A DNA stretch of 64,000 bases from Lingula anatina. Lineage: Eukaryota > Animalia > Brachiopoda. Shown in pieces: positions 1 to 11,466 of this stretch. How positions within the stretch are numbered: position 1 is the first letter of the stretch; the number at the start of each line of letters is the position of its first letter. The stretch lies in contig CM120643.1 of the NCBI GenBank assembly GCA_051362555.1, positions 25,796,848 to 25,860,847 of the forward strand, given 5' to 3'. The notes below the pieces were generated by a model, which was not told where the DNA came from, ran no database searches, and worked only from the letters and a program-made list of their open reading frames with translations. Made by a program: the position numbers and the translations under genes.

Positions 1-3000
1 CTAAACACTCGGCCAGTAAGCTAGGACACAGTCTCAATAGAAGCCTTTCTAACAGTAGCTCTGGTAGTAACAGCAAGGATTCCCCAGCACAGACTGTGGC
101 CAGGGGACTGGTGTCAAAGTATAAGAAAATCAACCCAGGATACAAACCAATAAAACAACTACAACAACCACACACTGGAAAAATTCACCAGGCTCTTTTC
201 TTTTCAAAACACAAGAATCACTCATCTCCAAGTATATCTGCCACAAGAGACAATAGTCCAAGAGTATCTAAGTACAAACTAAACAGAAAAAATGAAAAGC
301 CAAGTCAACAGGAAGTCCAACATATTCAAGGGAATAAATCCCTCATTGTGAACAGGTCATTGGTGGTAAAACGGAGTAAATACTCCCTGGTCAAGACGAG
401 GGTCACTGGTGGTCAGGGTAGTGGTAAGAAGCAGGGCCAACAGAGGAAAATGTCAAAATACAGCTGGACAAATACAGGAGGTGATGGTAGGTTCTGAAAT
501 ATTGGCCAGATATTTTATTTTATTGTGAAGCAGGTTGTAGTTCAATTTATTGTCAGTTGTTTTTGAAGATAGAACTGATATTAAGCTTTTCCCAAAAAAT
601 AATTCTTTATCTGGTTGTAAAATTAAATTTAGTGTGCCAGTAGGTTTAGTGTAACAGTAACACCAGAAATATTTGGATAGTTAAAAACAGCAGAGATAAT
701 TGAAGGAACACTGTGAAAATTGTGTCATTTGAATGTTTGTGAAATTTCAGCTTATTAGAATATTCTGTAATTTCAGATCGTGTTGTGAGCATCAACAATA
801 TCTTAGGGAGAAAAGTGAAGAATCTCAGTAAAAACCGATACAAGTTCATACAAGCTCAGACTTTCCCCAAGCTAACACAGAGGTTTATGTACAGACAGCT
901 GACACATGGGGCAGCAAGAAGTCCTCAGAAATCACAGTAAGTAGAAAAACTAAATAAACAAATTCACTCATTTCTATGGTGAACTATTTGCCTGATAGTT
1001 TTCATCAACTTTTAAGTTTACAAAGGATTTACAGTGTGAAAAGCATTTCAGAAAGAAATCTTCATTTTGCAAACATTTGGTGGCTAAAAATCAAAAATTT
1101 ATATCCCATACATTTCCTTCTTAGGTTAAAGCTGGATCACAGAAACCCTCCAAAGAAATCTTCTGATGTTGCCAGCAGGTTCCAGGGAAGTCAGAGATTG
1201 GTAGTGATAGGTGGATTAGTCTACAGATCATCCAGGACTAGACTAAATAAGACTAGCTCTGTAGACTCTACTACTACAAAACAGCACAGAAACCCATGCA
1301 TTGTTAAAAGTAGGTTACTTTTAAGTGCTACAGGTATCTCTGGTAGTGCTTTACGTACAAATCTCTTTATTTAGTTACAGTCAATATACAAAATTTTATG
1401 TTTCTAAATGCCAGTGATGTAAACCCATATAACATGACTGCAACCAAATTGGTCATTTGTTAGTAGAGGGGGGGGGGAGCTAACTTTGTTGTTATTGTCA
1501 ATAATTAGATTTCTTAACTTAAGTATGTATTGAAAGATTTTTTTATCACAGACAGAAAAAAATATTTTTTCCAGGATTGAATACCAGAAAGATGAAGACC
1601 ATCACAGTGAGGGGAGAGAAATTCAACATGGATCCCAGTGGAAAAACTCTACACAGAATTGACTTAAATGCAACGGGTAATGTAGTGTTTGTTTTATAGT
1701 CTGTGATTAAGTAAATGTTCACAGGTGCTCTGTTTAAAAAAGCATAAAAATTACTATAAAGAATTTATTTTCTCATCAAATTAGATTTTATATTGAACTT
1801 TATTTAAAAGCTGTTATGAGTAAGAAAATGCTATACGCTAGATCACAGAAACCCAGTGAAAACTTGTTTTCAAGCTCCAGGACACGTTAATGTAACCAGT
1901 ACACCTGATTTTTTGCTGGATATACAGTTGAAAAAAAAAAAAGGAAATGTTTACTACTTATTTTCCAGCCTCACCAAAGAAAGGAGACTCGAGGCCCAGG
2001 AAGACCAGTGTCAAGAGAGTGGACATTGGGGGAGTGACCTACGTCCAGACCAGGCCAGGTACATTGGTCAGAGCTGGGAACTCCCAGAACAGGAAGAGAG
2101 CTAGGTAGAGCACAGCCTGAAGAGTTTAAAAAAGAATAAATGAACACTATTTTAGTAAACCATACTGTACCTGTGTGTGCAGAAGTGCAGGCATTAAGTA
2201 GCAAAAGAAAAGAAAAACAATATTGGCGTAAAGCACGTAAAGCACATTTACAGAAAGGATGCAGAACATTAAATACTGATTATATTCTTGAAGTCTGAAA
2301 CTTATTACTGTAACAGTATCCATGGATTTTAAACTGAATGAGGTACATTCCAAATTTTTTTTTGCTTGATTGTTTTGTTTATTGAGATGCATAATCTAGT
2401 ATTTTTGTCCACTTTGTCAGCAATGTACTCCACAAGAGCATCACCACAGCTGTACAGTGCAAGTACAAAAAGCAGAGACAGCAGTACTGCTTGTTCTACA
2501 ACAGATTTGGGAAGTGTAAACGAGGTCACAAATGTCCATTTGCTCATGACCCAGATAAAATAGCCATTTGCACCAGGTATGGAGCCATTGTGCAGGATAT
2601 GTAGATTTTATTTAAATACGGTGCATATCATTTAAAGGTACTGCCTGAGATTTTGGCAATAAAAAGTATGATTGACAAGATTTCCTGGCACCTACAATAT
2701 TTCAGTAGTTTGTCCCCATTACTGTATCACATTCCATGCACAAATGTTATGTTCAGTTTATTTTCCATGACCACTTTTTACTTGGCTTTAGTGAGGTATA
2801 CAATTTGATGTTGTCCTTGCATTTTCAGTTTACTTAAATGGATTGTTTTAGCAGGGGCATCTAAATCATAACTTAAAATGATGATGTGCCCTAAGCATAA
2901 GAAAGGTCAATTAAAAATAAAATTTAAAGATAAGAAAAGTATCACATTTATCATCCAAGATTTCTGAGAGGTACCTGCAAGGGAGAGAACTGCCCATTTT

Positions 3001-4940
3001 CCCACCAAGTTCTTAAAGAGAAGATGCCAGTGTGTTCTTTTTTCCTTCGCGGTGTGTGTAACAAAGACGATTGCCCTTATCTCCATGTGAACGTAAGCAG
3101 GGGCGCTGCAGTGTGCGAGGATTTCCTGCATGGGTACTGCTCCCTGGGAGAAAAAGTAAGTCAAGACTTAGGCTCACATTTTTTGTACTTGAGGGTAGAA
3201 AAGTTGAAACCTAATAGAATTGTGATAAAAGTTAACCAGATTATTTTAAAAGATGGCTGGACTACCTCATGAAATTTATTTTCAAACAAAATTTTTGCAA
3301 CAGAAAAAAGTTAAGAAATTTCGTGAGAGGAGGTTTGATGCTGGGATAATGTGTAAGACATCTGGAAAACCTAGCAATAGGATAGACATTATGTGTGGAC
3401 TTGTGACATCGTGTTTTTCACATTGAAATGAAATTTACAGTAAAATTTGATGCCTATTTCAGTGTAAGAAAAAGCATACTCTACAGTGTCCAGAATTTAC
3501 TGCCACTGGGAAATGCCCCAGAGGCAAGAAATGTAAGATGCAGCACCACAAGAGGGCACCATATACTCAAGATAAGCTAGGTGGTAATATAGAATGTCAG
3601 CACCAGAGGGCAGCAGGTGCCAAAAGAAAGATGATGGAGGTGGCAACCGTGCAGCATAGCACTCCTATAGCAAAACCTGAGGCAGAGAGTGCTTTATCTG
3701 GGTAGGTTGTTCAGACCAGTTATGGTAAAATACCCTAGTAATAGTATCATGGTCATTGTTTTCTTTTCAAGCATGTCTAAGCTGCTAAATCAGGCATTTT
3801 TCTGTCACATGGTAAACTAGTTCTCTGGAGATGTAAAGCAAAATATTTTGTTTATATCCCTTTCTAGCTGTAAACTAATTGAATGATCTTTATTTTTTAT
3901 CAGTATTAATTTTGCAAGTTTTTTAGCTCATACATACATTCAAACTCATTCCCCTTCAATTTCATATCATGTGACTTGAAAAGAAAATCTTGATGTCCTT
4001 GACTGAATGTCTTTTTACCAGTGAGGTCATATATTTAATTTTCTGACATTTTGCAAACTGGAGCCATGTCTGTAAAGTCCAGCAGGCTACGTTTTTTCAT
4101 TCTTTACAGTTTGACTGCCAGCAGCTCAACAAATGAAGATAGTGAGGATGATAAAGATTTCTCGTTCAAGAGGAGGAGGAAGAAGAGGAATGTGGACACT
4201 CCAGCATCTCTACCATCTTTTATATCCCTTCATTCTGACACCAGCCTGGCAGAGGGGGAGGAGGGGGATATGTTGACCACAGATGGTGAGCTAACTGGTA
4301 AGTCACCTGGAGAAGGTTACAAATCTGAACTTAAGTCTGAAATTGGTCTAAACTTTAGTCCAGATATTTAGTCTACATCAGTTCAAGATATATTTATATG
4401 TACTCAAAGGAAGGTCACTCAAAATAATTTATTGGTCCAACACAGGAGAATAGCCTTTTGGAAAACATTTCATTAATTAGTGATGTATATTGAGTCGAAT
4501 TGTACTTGTTGAACGAAGGTGTGAATGTTTAGACCAATCTTTGTATTAAAGTTATTTTGTGAAGCAGGCCCCTAATGGGAAGAACAAGACATGAACATGT
4601 GCTTGCGCTCATGCATTGACCTTCTTGCAATGGAAATCTCAATCCAGGACTGTTTTATTTCTATACTGTCACAATTCTGTTGTGGACTGCCTATCTTGTA
4701 TAGGTTTATTTTTGTGACCCATTTTGAAGACTAGACATTGCCTATTTACATCTGTGTAGAAATTGTGGCTGGGATCTTTTCCTGTTGCTGTTAAGAATGT
4801 TTTTTCTGGTGTTTAAACCTCAAATTTATCATTTTAAAATATCATTTCTTAAAACTCAACTACATTTGCATTTGCAATCTTTTACAGAGAAAGCACCACT
4901 GAAGATTAAACCAAGGTTTTCAGATGTTGGATTGGATTAG
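1..4940 (+). CDS. ZC3H3: Zinc finger CCCH domain-containing protein 3, multi-exon, 5' end outside window
   Basis: Spliced exons give tandem C3H1 fingers YCLFYNRFGKCKRGHKCPFAHDPDKIAICTR (~2485-2576), FLRGTC..MPVCSFFLRGVCNKDDCPYLHVNVSRGAAVCEDFLHGYCSLGEK (~2960-3155) and CKKKHTLQCPEFTATGKCPRGKKCKMQH (~3463). Last exon 4888-4940 reads EKAPLKIKPRFSDVGLD*, like the ZC3H3 C-terminal LxIKPR motif. Confidence 0.88.
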
Positions 4941-5792
4941 AGAGAATAAAATATGAATGAAAAAAAAAATACTAATTAATGTTGTATGCATACCCTCTGA
5001 GGGTATGTTAGCAAGGTAAGTAGAAGGGATCACAAAGATATCCAAGTGTACAGGATAAATATTTGAGAGCAGGACCAAGAGGATTTAAACCGTACTTACT
5101 CAAACAGTTAATTTAACAAGTAAGATTAAAATCAGTTGGTTGACAATGTACTACATCGATTTTAAGAACAAAATTATGGAAATAATAGTAAGATTGCTAA
5201 TGTAGTAATTTTGAGAAAAATTAGCCACAGTCTGCCATTTTCTGTTGTTAATTAAAGATCTTTTTGGCACAGAAATTTGGTACTTGATTAACTTTTGATG
5301 GTTGTGGAATATCGATATCCTTTGAAGTAAATGCAGTAGTGTTGTTGCTGGAGACAATTTGCAATTTATTTCTGTACATCTGTTTTGAAATAAAATTGTT
5401 TACTTTGAAAATCATGTTTTTCTTTATTTTATTTCAAAATAGAGCAATTATTTTTTCCTTTATTTCAATACAATCAACAAGGAAGAGAACATAAAAGACA
5501 TTTTTTATTTGAGAAATTTTCATTAGACAAATATGTTATCAAAATAAATATATTCAATGTATACAAAATATTGGTAATAGATTTACAAGTACTTTAATCC
5601 AAAGCAATTTGAATAATAGTCATTTGCATGTAAAAATCCTTCAGAGAAGAAATACAATTGCTGATTCATGTTATTTTTAAATATCGAAAGAGAAATGAAT
5701 CTCTCTCTTACTGTGAAAACTGACAACAGCTCCTTGAATATTTGATCAAAAATTTTTGGAAGTACTTTTACTGAAAAAAAAAAACTTCCAAA

Positions 5793-7274
5793 TTATCGCA
5801 TCCTGACAAGTTCCAGCGTAGCCATTTTGATCAAATAGTTAAAATTCACGTCCAGGTGCACCCTCCAGTATTTCCTGACCCGGCCCCATGTCTTGACTGG
5901 GAAACATGGACTGTCTATGCCATGGAAGATACGCGCTATCGTTGTTCCTGAAAGAACGTGTTCCTGACCATACAGGGAGATGAAGCCACGAATATCATTA
6001 CGAACATAACCCTCATTTTTACAAAAGTCCTGAAATTGGAAATGTATCCAGGTTATGGTTGATATCTAAGTCCTGTGCTTAAACCTCCGCCGAAATACGT
6101 CTTTACTCTTTACATCAAATTTTAATTTAGTTAATAGCAAGGAGACAGACTTTTGTAAAGCTTTCTTAAACTAACTTGCTAGGCTGGCCATGTACCTTCT
6201 ATTTTATTAAATTACCTGCAAGGTGCATACAGTTATAAGTTTCAAATTTCACCAACATATCCAATGCACTTTGCCATATTAAAAAACTATACATAATAAT
6301 ATAGTAGTCTGCAATATTTTACAGTGTACTGAAAGGGGTGCGAACTTAATAAAACTCAAATACAAGCCAACAATTTTTAATACAATATAATAGATTTCTT
6401 ACCTCCTCATTCAGTCCTGAGGTAGAACACTCCAATTCCCTGCTGAAAGATAATTTACTAATTCTTCCCATGTTACTAGAATGCTCTGGCTTCATTTCAA
6501 AGTAATCAGTTAACATAGCTCTGAGCTTGTCACTTCTTTTCATGTCAACATCATCTGAACAGTGGTAGTAGTTTTTGAAGGAGATGCTAAAAGATAAATG
6601 TAATACTGAAAACTACTGCCTTGAGTTGTTAACACTGATATCTAAAAGGGCTTATGTCAGTATTTGTCTCCCAATGTTTTTTTCTTTAAGGATATTGTCA
6701 TATAGCAAAAATAATTCACTTATTAATAATTTTGTCTCTTGCTGTGTTACACACACTGACTGTAGACCATACCTCTGTAAAGCATCATGCAATTTCTGCA
6801 GCTGGTACAGTTCAGCTTTCTCCTGCATCTGGACGCGGTCATTATGGAAGTCCAGGATCTCGTCCAGCTCTGCGTCGGTCAAATCGCCAGGGGAACAGAG
6901 GTGGAATGCCAAGTCCGAGAATTCCACCATGACTCCTGTTTTATGAGGAATACCAGTGCCTTGAATGAATAATGAAAACCTTGTGACAACAGGGCCAGTT
7001 TTTGGTGACAAGCAAAATTCATACGATTTCACAATCCCTACCCCATTTTCTTTGCTTCTCATGGAGCACAAGTTGAGAGACAGATCCCTCCTGCAATTTT
7101 ACAAATGAAGTAACTTCCAGAGAGGACTCAAAAACTGCAGGTCTCCACCAAGCAAAAGTGTTATTTCCTGAAATAAATGTCTCTGAGTTTTCAATACACA
7201 GGTGGCATACACTGGCTGCAGGCTTCCTATCCACTTCGGGTGGAGCTCCAGGTAACACAACAGAGTGGAGATAC
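5793..7274 (-). pseudogene. RECQL4: Duplicated RECQL4 3' exons (decaying copy)
   Basis: Copies of the last three RECQL4 exons ([19 protein letters not shown].., [11 protein letters not shown].., 6029-5793 DFCKNEG..ELVRMR*). The upstream [13 protein letters not shown] exon is truncated at ~7198 by a ~0.67 kb deletion (equivalent to 12897-13571) that removes its donor and the whole [10 protein letters not shown] exon. SGR before IARIFHG in copy B is SGT here. Confidence 0.8.
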
Positions 7275-7926
7275 CTGAAATAATACCCACATTTCAGATA
7301 ACACAACAGGGTACAGGTAGAGATACCTGAAATAATACCCATATTTCAAATAACACAGGAGAGTGGAGATACTAGTACCTGAAATAATACCCACATTCCA
7401 GATAACACAATAGAGTGGAGATACCTGAAATAATACCCACATTCCAGGTAACACAGGAGAGTGGAGATACCTGAAATAAAACCCACATTCCAGGTAGCAC
7501 AGGAGAGTGGAGATACCTGAAATAATACCCACATTCCAGGAAGCACAATAGAGTGGAGATACCTGAAATAATACCCACATTCCAGGTAGCACAGGAGCAG
7601 GGGCGGATTTAGGCCGTCTTCTGGGTCTTCCGGAAGACGGTCAGATTTTCAAGTTTACATTGACGGGTATCTAATTTTTTCTGTCGGAAGACGGTCAAAA
7701 ATGGAGGAAGGATCAACAAATATAATTTGGAAGACTCTCAGAAAATATCTCTGGATCCGCCCCTGCAGGAGAGTGGAGATACCTGAAATAGTACCCACAT
7801 TCCAGGTAGCACAGGAGAGTGGAGATACCTGAAATAATACCCACATTCCAGGTAACACAGGAGAGTGGAGATACCTGAAATAATACCCACATTCCAGGTA
7901 GCACAGGAGAGTGGAGATACCTGAAA
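7247..7926. repeat. 46-bp tandem array (~11 units) derived from a RECQL4 intron/exon acceptor junction
   Basis: Unit gagtggagatacctgaaataatacccacattccaggtaacacagga, period 46 (7413, 7459, 7505, 7551; 7771, 7817, 7863, 7909). Single-copy source at ~13624-13670. Confidence 0.93.
7598..7765. mobile_element. Non-autonomous TIR element (MITE) inserted in the 46-bp array
   Basis: TIR CAGGGGCGGAT...ATCCGCCCCTG with CAGGAG duplicated on both sides (7592-7597, 7766-7771). A degenerate reverse copy lies at 29589-29750. Confidence 0.88.
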
Positions 7927-8065
7927 CTAGAGCATCATATTGGTTAAACCGTTGCCATGTGTAATACCACCAGGGAGATTAACCTTATTCAAGTGAAATA
8001 GTTGCTATGGATGTGGTTAATATGTGGATAAATGGTAAATATCTTTAGTGCATTTCATGGTGAAA

Positions 8066-8190
8066 AGTAGGGCAAAGGTCAAATTCAAGGTCACATTAAT
8101 TAATGTGACCTAAGATGCCCAATATGTGATTTCCTGTTCATGTTTAATAAAAAAAACTATAGATGTTATCTCTGTCAGTTTTAAGATTTT
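8066..8190 (-). repeat. Degenerate reverse-oriented fragment of the 146-bp repeat unit found at 63615-64000
   Basis: aaggtcaaattcaaggtcacatt..gatttcctgttca..ttatctctgtcagtttt matches the reverse complement of the unit at 63761-63906. Confidence 0.65.
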
Positions 8191-8504
8191 AATTAGTCTG
8201 GAATAATTATTATTAACAAAATAATATCAGAATTAATAGTCACTTTGTATCACATACTTTGTCTTGGTAAATGACCATGTCAGCAGGGGCAGTAACGGTA
8301 GTTGTCCCCATGTGCTGCATGGCTATTTTTGCTAACAATTAACCTATATCAAATCTAATACATGTTATCATGGCACATTTTCCACAAATGATTTCAAGGT
8401 CCTTATCACCTGATCACATGCTATCGCAGTGCTAGAGATAGATCCCTCTTATTTCACTGTTGAACTATTCACTCAGTGCTTGCCTCGTGGTCTGATGTGA
8501 CAAT

Positions 8505-10340
8505 ATGGCCGAGTCGCTGGTAGCAGCTTTCACAGATAATCTCTTGACGTGTAGCATCTGTCTGGGAGAGTATGAGGATCCCCGTGTGCTGCCTTGCTAC
8601 CATACATTTTGCTATGGTTGTGTATGTGACCATGCTACGCGAACTATGACTCCTAACAGGACATTTTTGTGTCCCATTTGTAGACAAGAGATATCATTTC
8701 CAAGAGAAGGACTTGTAAAACTCAAGAAAGATTTCCGTATTCACAAAGCAAAAGAACTTCTAAGTCAGCAACGGAAGCATGAAGTCTCATCCCCAATTAA
8801 AGAATCTGATGTGCATGGTGTAAACCATGGCAATTTACAATTGATGATCAAATGTGAGAAGCATCCCACAAATGAACTGAAATACTATTGTGAAGATGAT
8901 GATAGCACTGTGTGTGGTGACTGCGCATTAACAGAACACTACAGACATGGTATTGTACCTGTTAAAGAAGCTGCAAATACCAATCGAAAAAAGATTAAAA
9001 CTGTCCTTGTGAAAACTTTGCCAAAATTGAACATGTTTAAAGAAGCAGTTGCTAAGGAAACAGCCACTGAATTAGAAGAATCGCAAACCATGGCAGCCTC
9101 CATCAACAAAATCCAAGAACAGGCTCAATGTATCCGAAGATCGGTTGATCAGAGGGAGCAAGAACTGATATCAGAGGTAAATTCTGCTGGTGATATCAGA
9201 AAAAAGCAGAGGAAGGCAAACAAGGACACCCTTGAACTTCACCATACTTCCTTGCAGAGTGCCTGCAATTTTGCCCAGGAACTTATCACAAATGGTTCCG
9301 ACTCTGAGATCATGCTTCATACTAAGGCTCTGACACAGAGACTGACAGCAGTGGAGAAAACACCAGTCCCAACTCCAGACACACCAGCACAGATATCCTA
9401 CAGTCCTGGTGAGATATCTACTGCTGGACTGGAAGCCATGTTAGGACAGGTGACAGTACAGTTACAGCCTTCTACGCCAACTGGACTGGGGGCAAATCTA
9501 CCAATTAGAAGATCAACACCACATCCTCCTGTTTTCTTAGAGAAGGCAGAATGTGTTCATTCCTTCAGTTCTAGTCTGAAATTTGATGAAAAGGGCATGT
9601 TCACCAGAGGGTTGGCCATAGATGAACTGCATGTGTTTATTGTACATAATAACAGAACTAAGGTATTCATGCATGAAGGGCAATTCAAGTTTGAAATAAA
9701 TCTAAACCAACTATTTGATGTGGCTGTGTCACAGACTGGTAACCTGTATATAACATCAGAGGGTGACAAATGTGTCAAAGTGTACTCCACCAGGGGTCAG
9801 CACCTGACAACCATGGGTCAAGGTCAACTTGAGTGGCCACGTGGTATCTCACTGAACAAACAAGGTCATGTGACAGATGTGATGGTTTGTGACAAAGTAA
9901 AAAAATCCATCTACGTATTCCATGCAGACAGTGGACAGCTCCTGAACACCATTCCACTCAGTATGTGTGAATTCCCAGGGTACATCACAGTGAACAATGT
10001 GAATGGTAACATTGTGATATCAGACAGGGGCAAGAAACACTGTGTACATGTGCTGTCACCTACTGGTGATTTGTTGTACCAGTATGGCACAGAAGGCAGT
10101 GGTGATGGTCAGCTGTGGTTTCCATGTGGAATGTGCACAGACAGCTATGGTCACATCTTCATTGCTGACAGTGAAAACAGCAGGATAGTAGCACTGAGTC
10201 CACAAGGGCAGTTTATAAGATACATTGTCACTAGGGGCGATGGGTTGAGCCATCCTGCAGCATTAGCCATCAACCCTGCTGGCCAGCTGGTGGTGGCAGA
10301 AGGGTTTGGTAAAGTTAAGACATTTCAGTACTTACAATAA
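8505..10340 (+). CDS. TRIM-NHL protein (RING, B-box2, coiled coil, NHL propeller; TRIM2/3-like), intronless, copy A
   Basis: 611-aa ORF with C3HC4 [22 protein letters not shown]-box CEKH..YYCEDD..VC..C..H..H, a coiled coil and NHL repeats ([35 protein letters not shown]). Confidence 0.92.
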   Translation: MAESLVAAFTDNLLTCSICLGEYEDPRVLPCYHTFCYGCVCDHATRTMTPNRTFLCPICRQEISFPREGLVKLKKDFRIHKAKELLSQQRKHEVSSPIKESDVHGVNHGNLQLMIKCEKHPTNELKYYCEDDDSTVCGDCALTEHYRHGIVPVKEAANTNRKKIKTVLVKTLPKLNMFKEAVAKETATELEESQTMAASINKIQEQAQCIRRSVDQREQELISEVNSAGDIRKKQRKANKDTLELHHTSLQSACNFAQELITNGSDSEIMLHTKALTQRLTAVEKTPVPTPDTPAQISYSPGEISTAGLEAMLGQVTVQLQPSTPTGLGANLPIRRSTPHPPVFLEKAECVHSFSSSLKFDEKGMFTRGLAIDELHVFIVHNNRTKVFMHEGQFKFEINLNQLFDVAVSQTGNLYITSEGDKCVKVYSTRGQHLTTMGQGQLEWPRGISLNKQGHVTDVMVCDKVKKSIYVFHADSGQLLNTIPLSMCEFPGYITVNNVNGNIVISDRGKKHCVHVLSPTGDLLYQYGTEGSGDGQLWFPCGMCTDSYGHIFIADSENSRIVALSPQGQFIRYIVTRGDGLSHPAALAINPAGQLVVAEGFGKVKTFQYLQ

Positions 10341-11466
10341 CTACTCAGTTCACATTTTACATACTGCAATACTAAACTATAAAGTAACACTGACAGTTTG
10401 GAAAAACCTGCTGAGAAACTATAATATAAGACTCATTCCCATGATGCACATTAATTTGACAGTATTCATATTGCAATGCTGACCTATTTTCATCCTGATA
10501 TACTAGGAGTTATCAGTCATTTACTGATACCAATAACTTGTATGTACAAGTGATCAGCAAAGGGAGACAACTGCTCCTGCTGACATGATTTCTACTGATG
10601 ATCATTTATACTAATACAATATGTCTCTTCATTTTGATTACTTGCTTGCTATGACATTATGTATGTATGAGTAGTTATTGGGTGTAAGCCGAGTTACTGT
10701 GGAGGCCATTTCCTCACATACTTTTATAAACACAATGTCACAATTATGCTGGCAGTCAATGAAAACGCATCAGAAAACTGTCTCCTTGATCTAACAGTTA
10801 ATTTAACAAGTAAGATTAAAATCGACTGACAGTTAACTACATCAATTTTAAGAACAAAATTATGGAAATATTATTTAGATTGCTAATGTAGTAATTTTGA
10901 GAAAAATTTGCCACAGTCTACCATTTTCTGTTGTTTATTAAAGTTCTTTTTGGCACAGAAGTTTGTTACTTGGTTTACTTTGAATGGTTGTGGAATATCA
11001 ATATCCTACGAAGTGAATGCAGTAGTGTTGTTGCTGCAGACAATTTGCAATTCATTTCTGTACATCTGTATTGAAATAAAGTTATTGTTTAATTTTAAAA
11101 TCATGTTTTTCTTTATTTTATTTCAAAATAGAGCAATTATTCTTTCCTTTTTTTCAACACAGTCAAAGAGGAAGAGTACTTAAAAGACAATTTTTATTTG
11201 AGAATTTTTCATTAAACACAAATATGTTATAAAAATAAATATATTCCATGTATACAAAATATTGGTAATAGGTTTTCAAGCACTTTATCCAAAGCAATCT
11301 GAAAAATAATCATTTACATGTAAAAATCCTTCAGAGAAGTAACATAACTGCTGATTTATGTCATTATTAAATTCTGAAAAAGAAATTAATCTCTATCTTC
11401 CCTGAATATTTGATCAAAAATTTTTGGAAGTACTTTTATTGAAAAAAAAAAAAAAAAACTTCCAAA

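Larger units (their letters stand above)
5103..10747. repeat. Tandem segmental duplication, copy A (ZC3H3 3'UTR end + RECQL4 terminal exons + TRIM-NHL gene)
   Basis: Starts aacagttaatttaacaagtaagattaaaatc (5103, same as 10793) and ends tgtcacaattat (10747, same as 17110). Colinear with copy B apart from internal deletions and insertions. Confidence 0.92.

Noticed and set aside
7247-7926. CRISPR-like array, and the short ORFs over it
   Set aside because: Units are contiguous with no unique spacers, the context is eukaryotic with no cas genes, and the unit derives from a RECQL4 splice junction. The ORFs are repeat artefacts.
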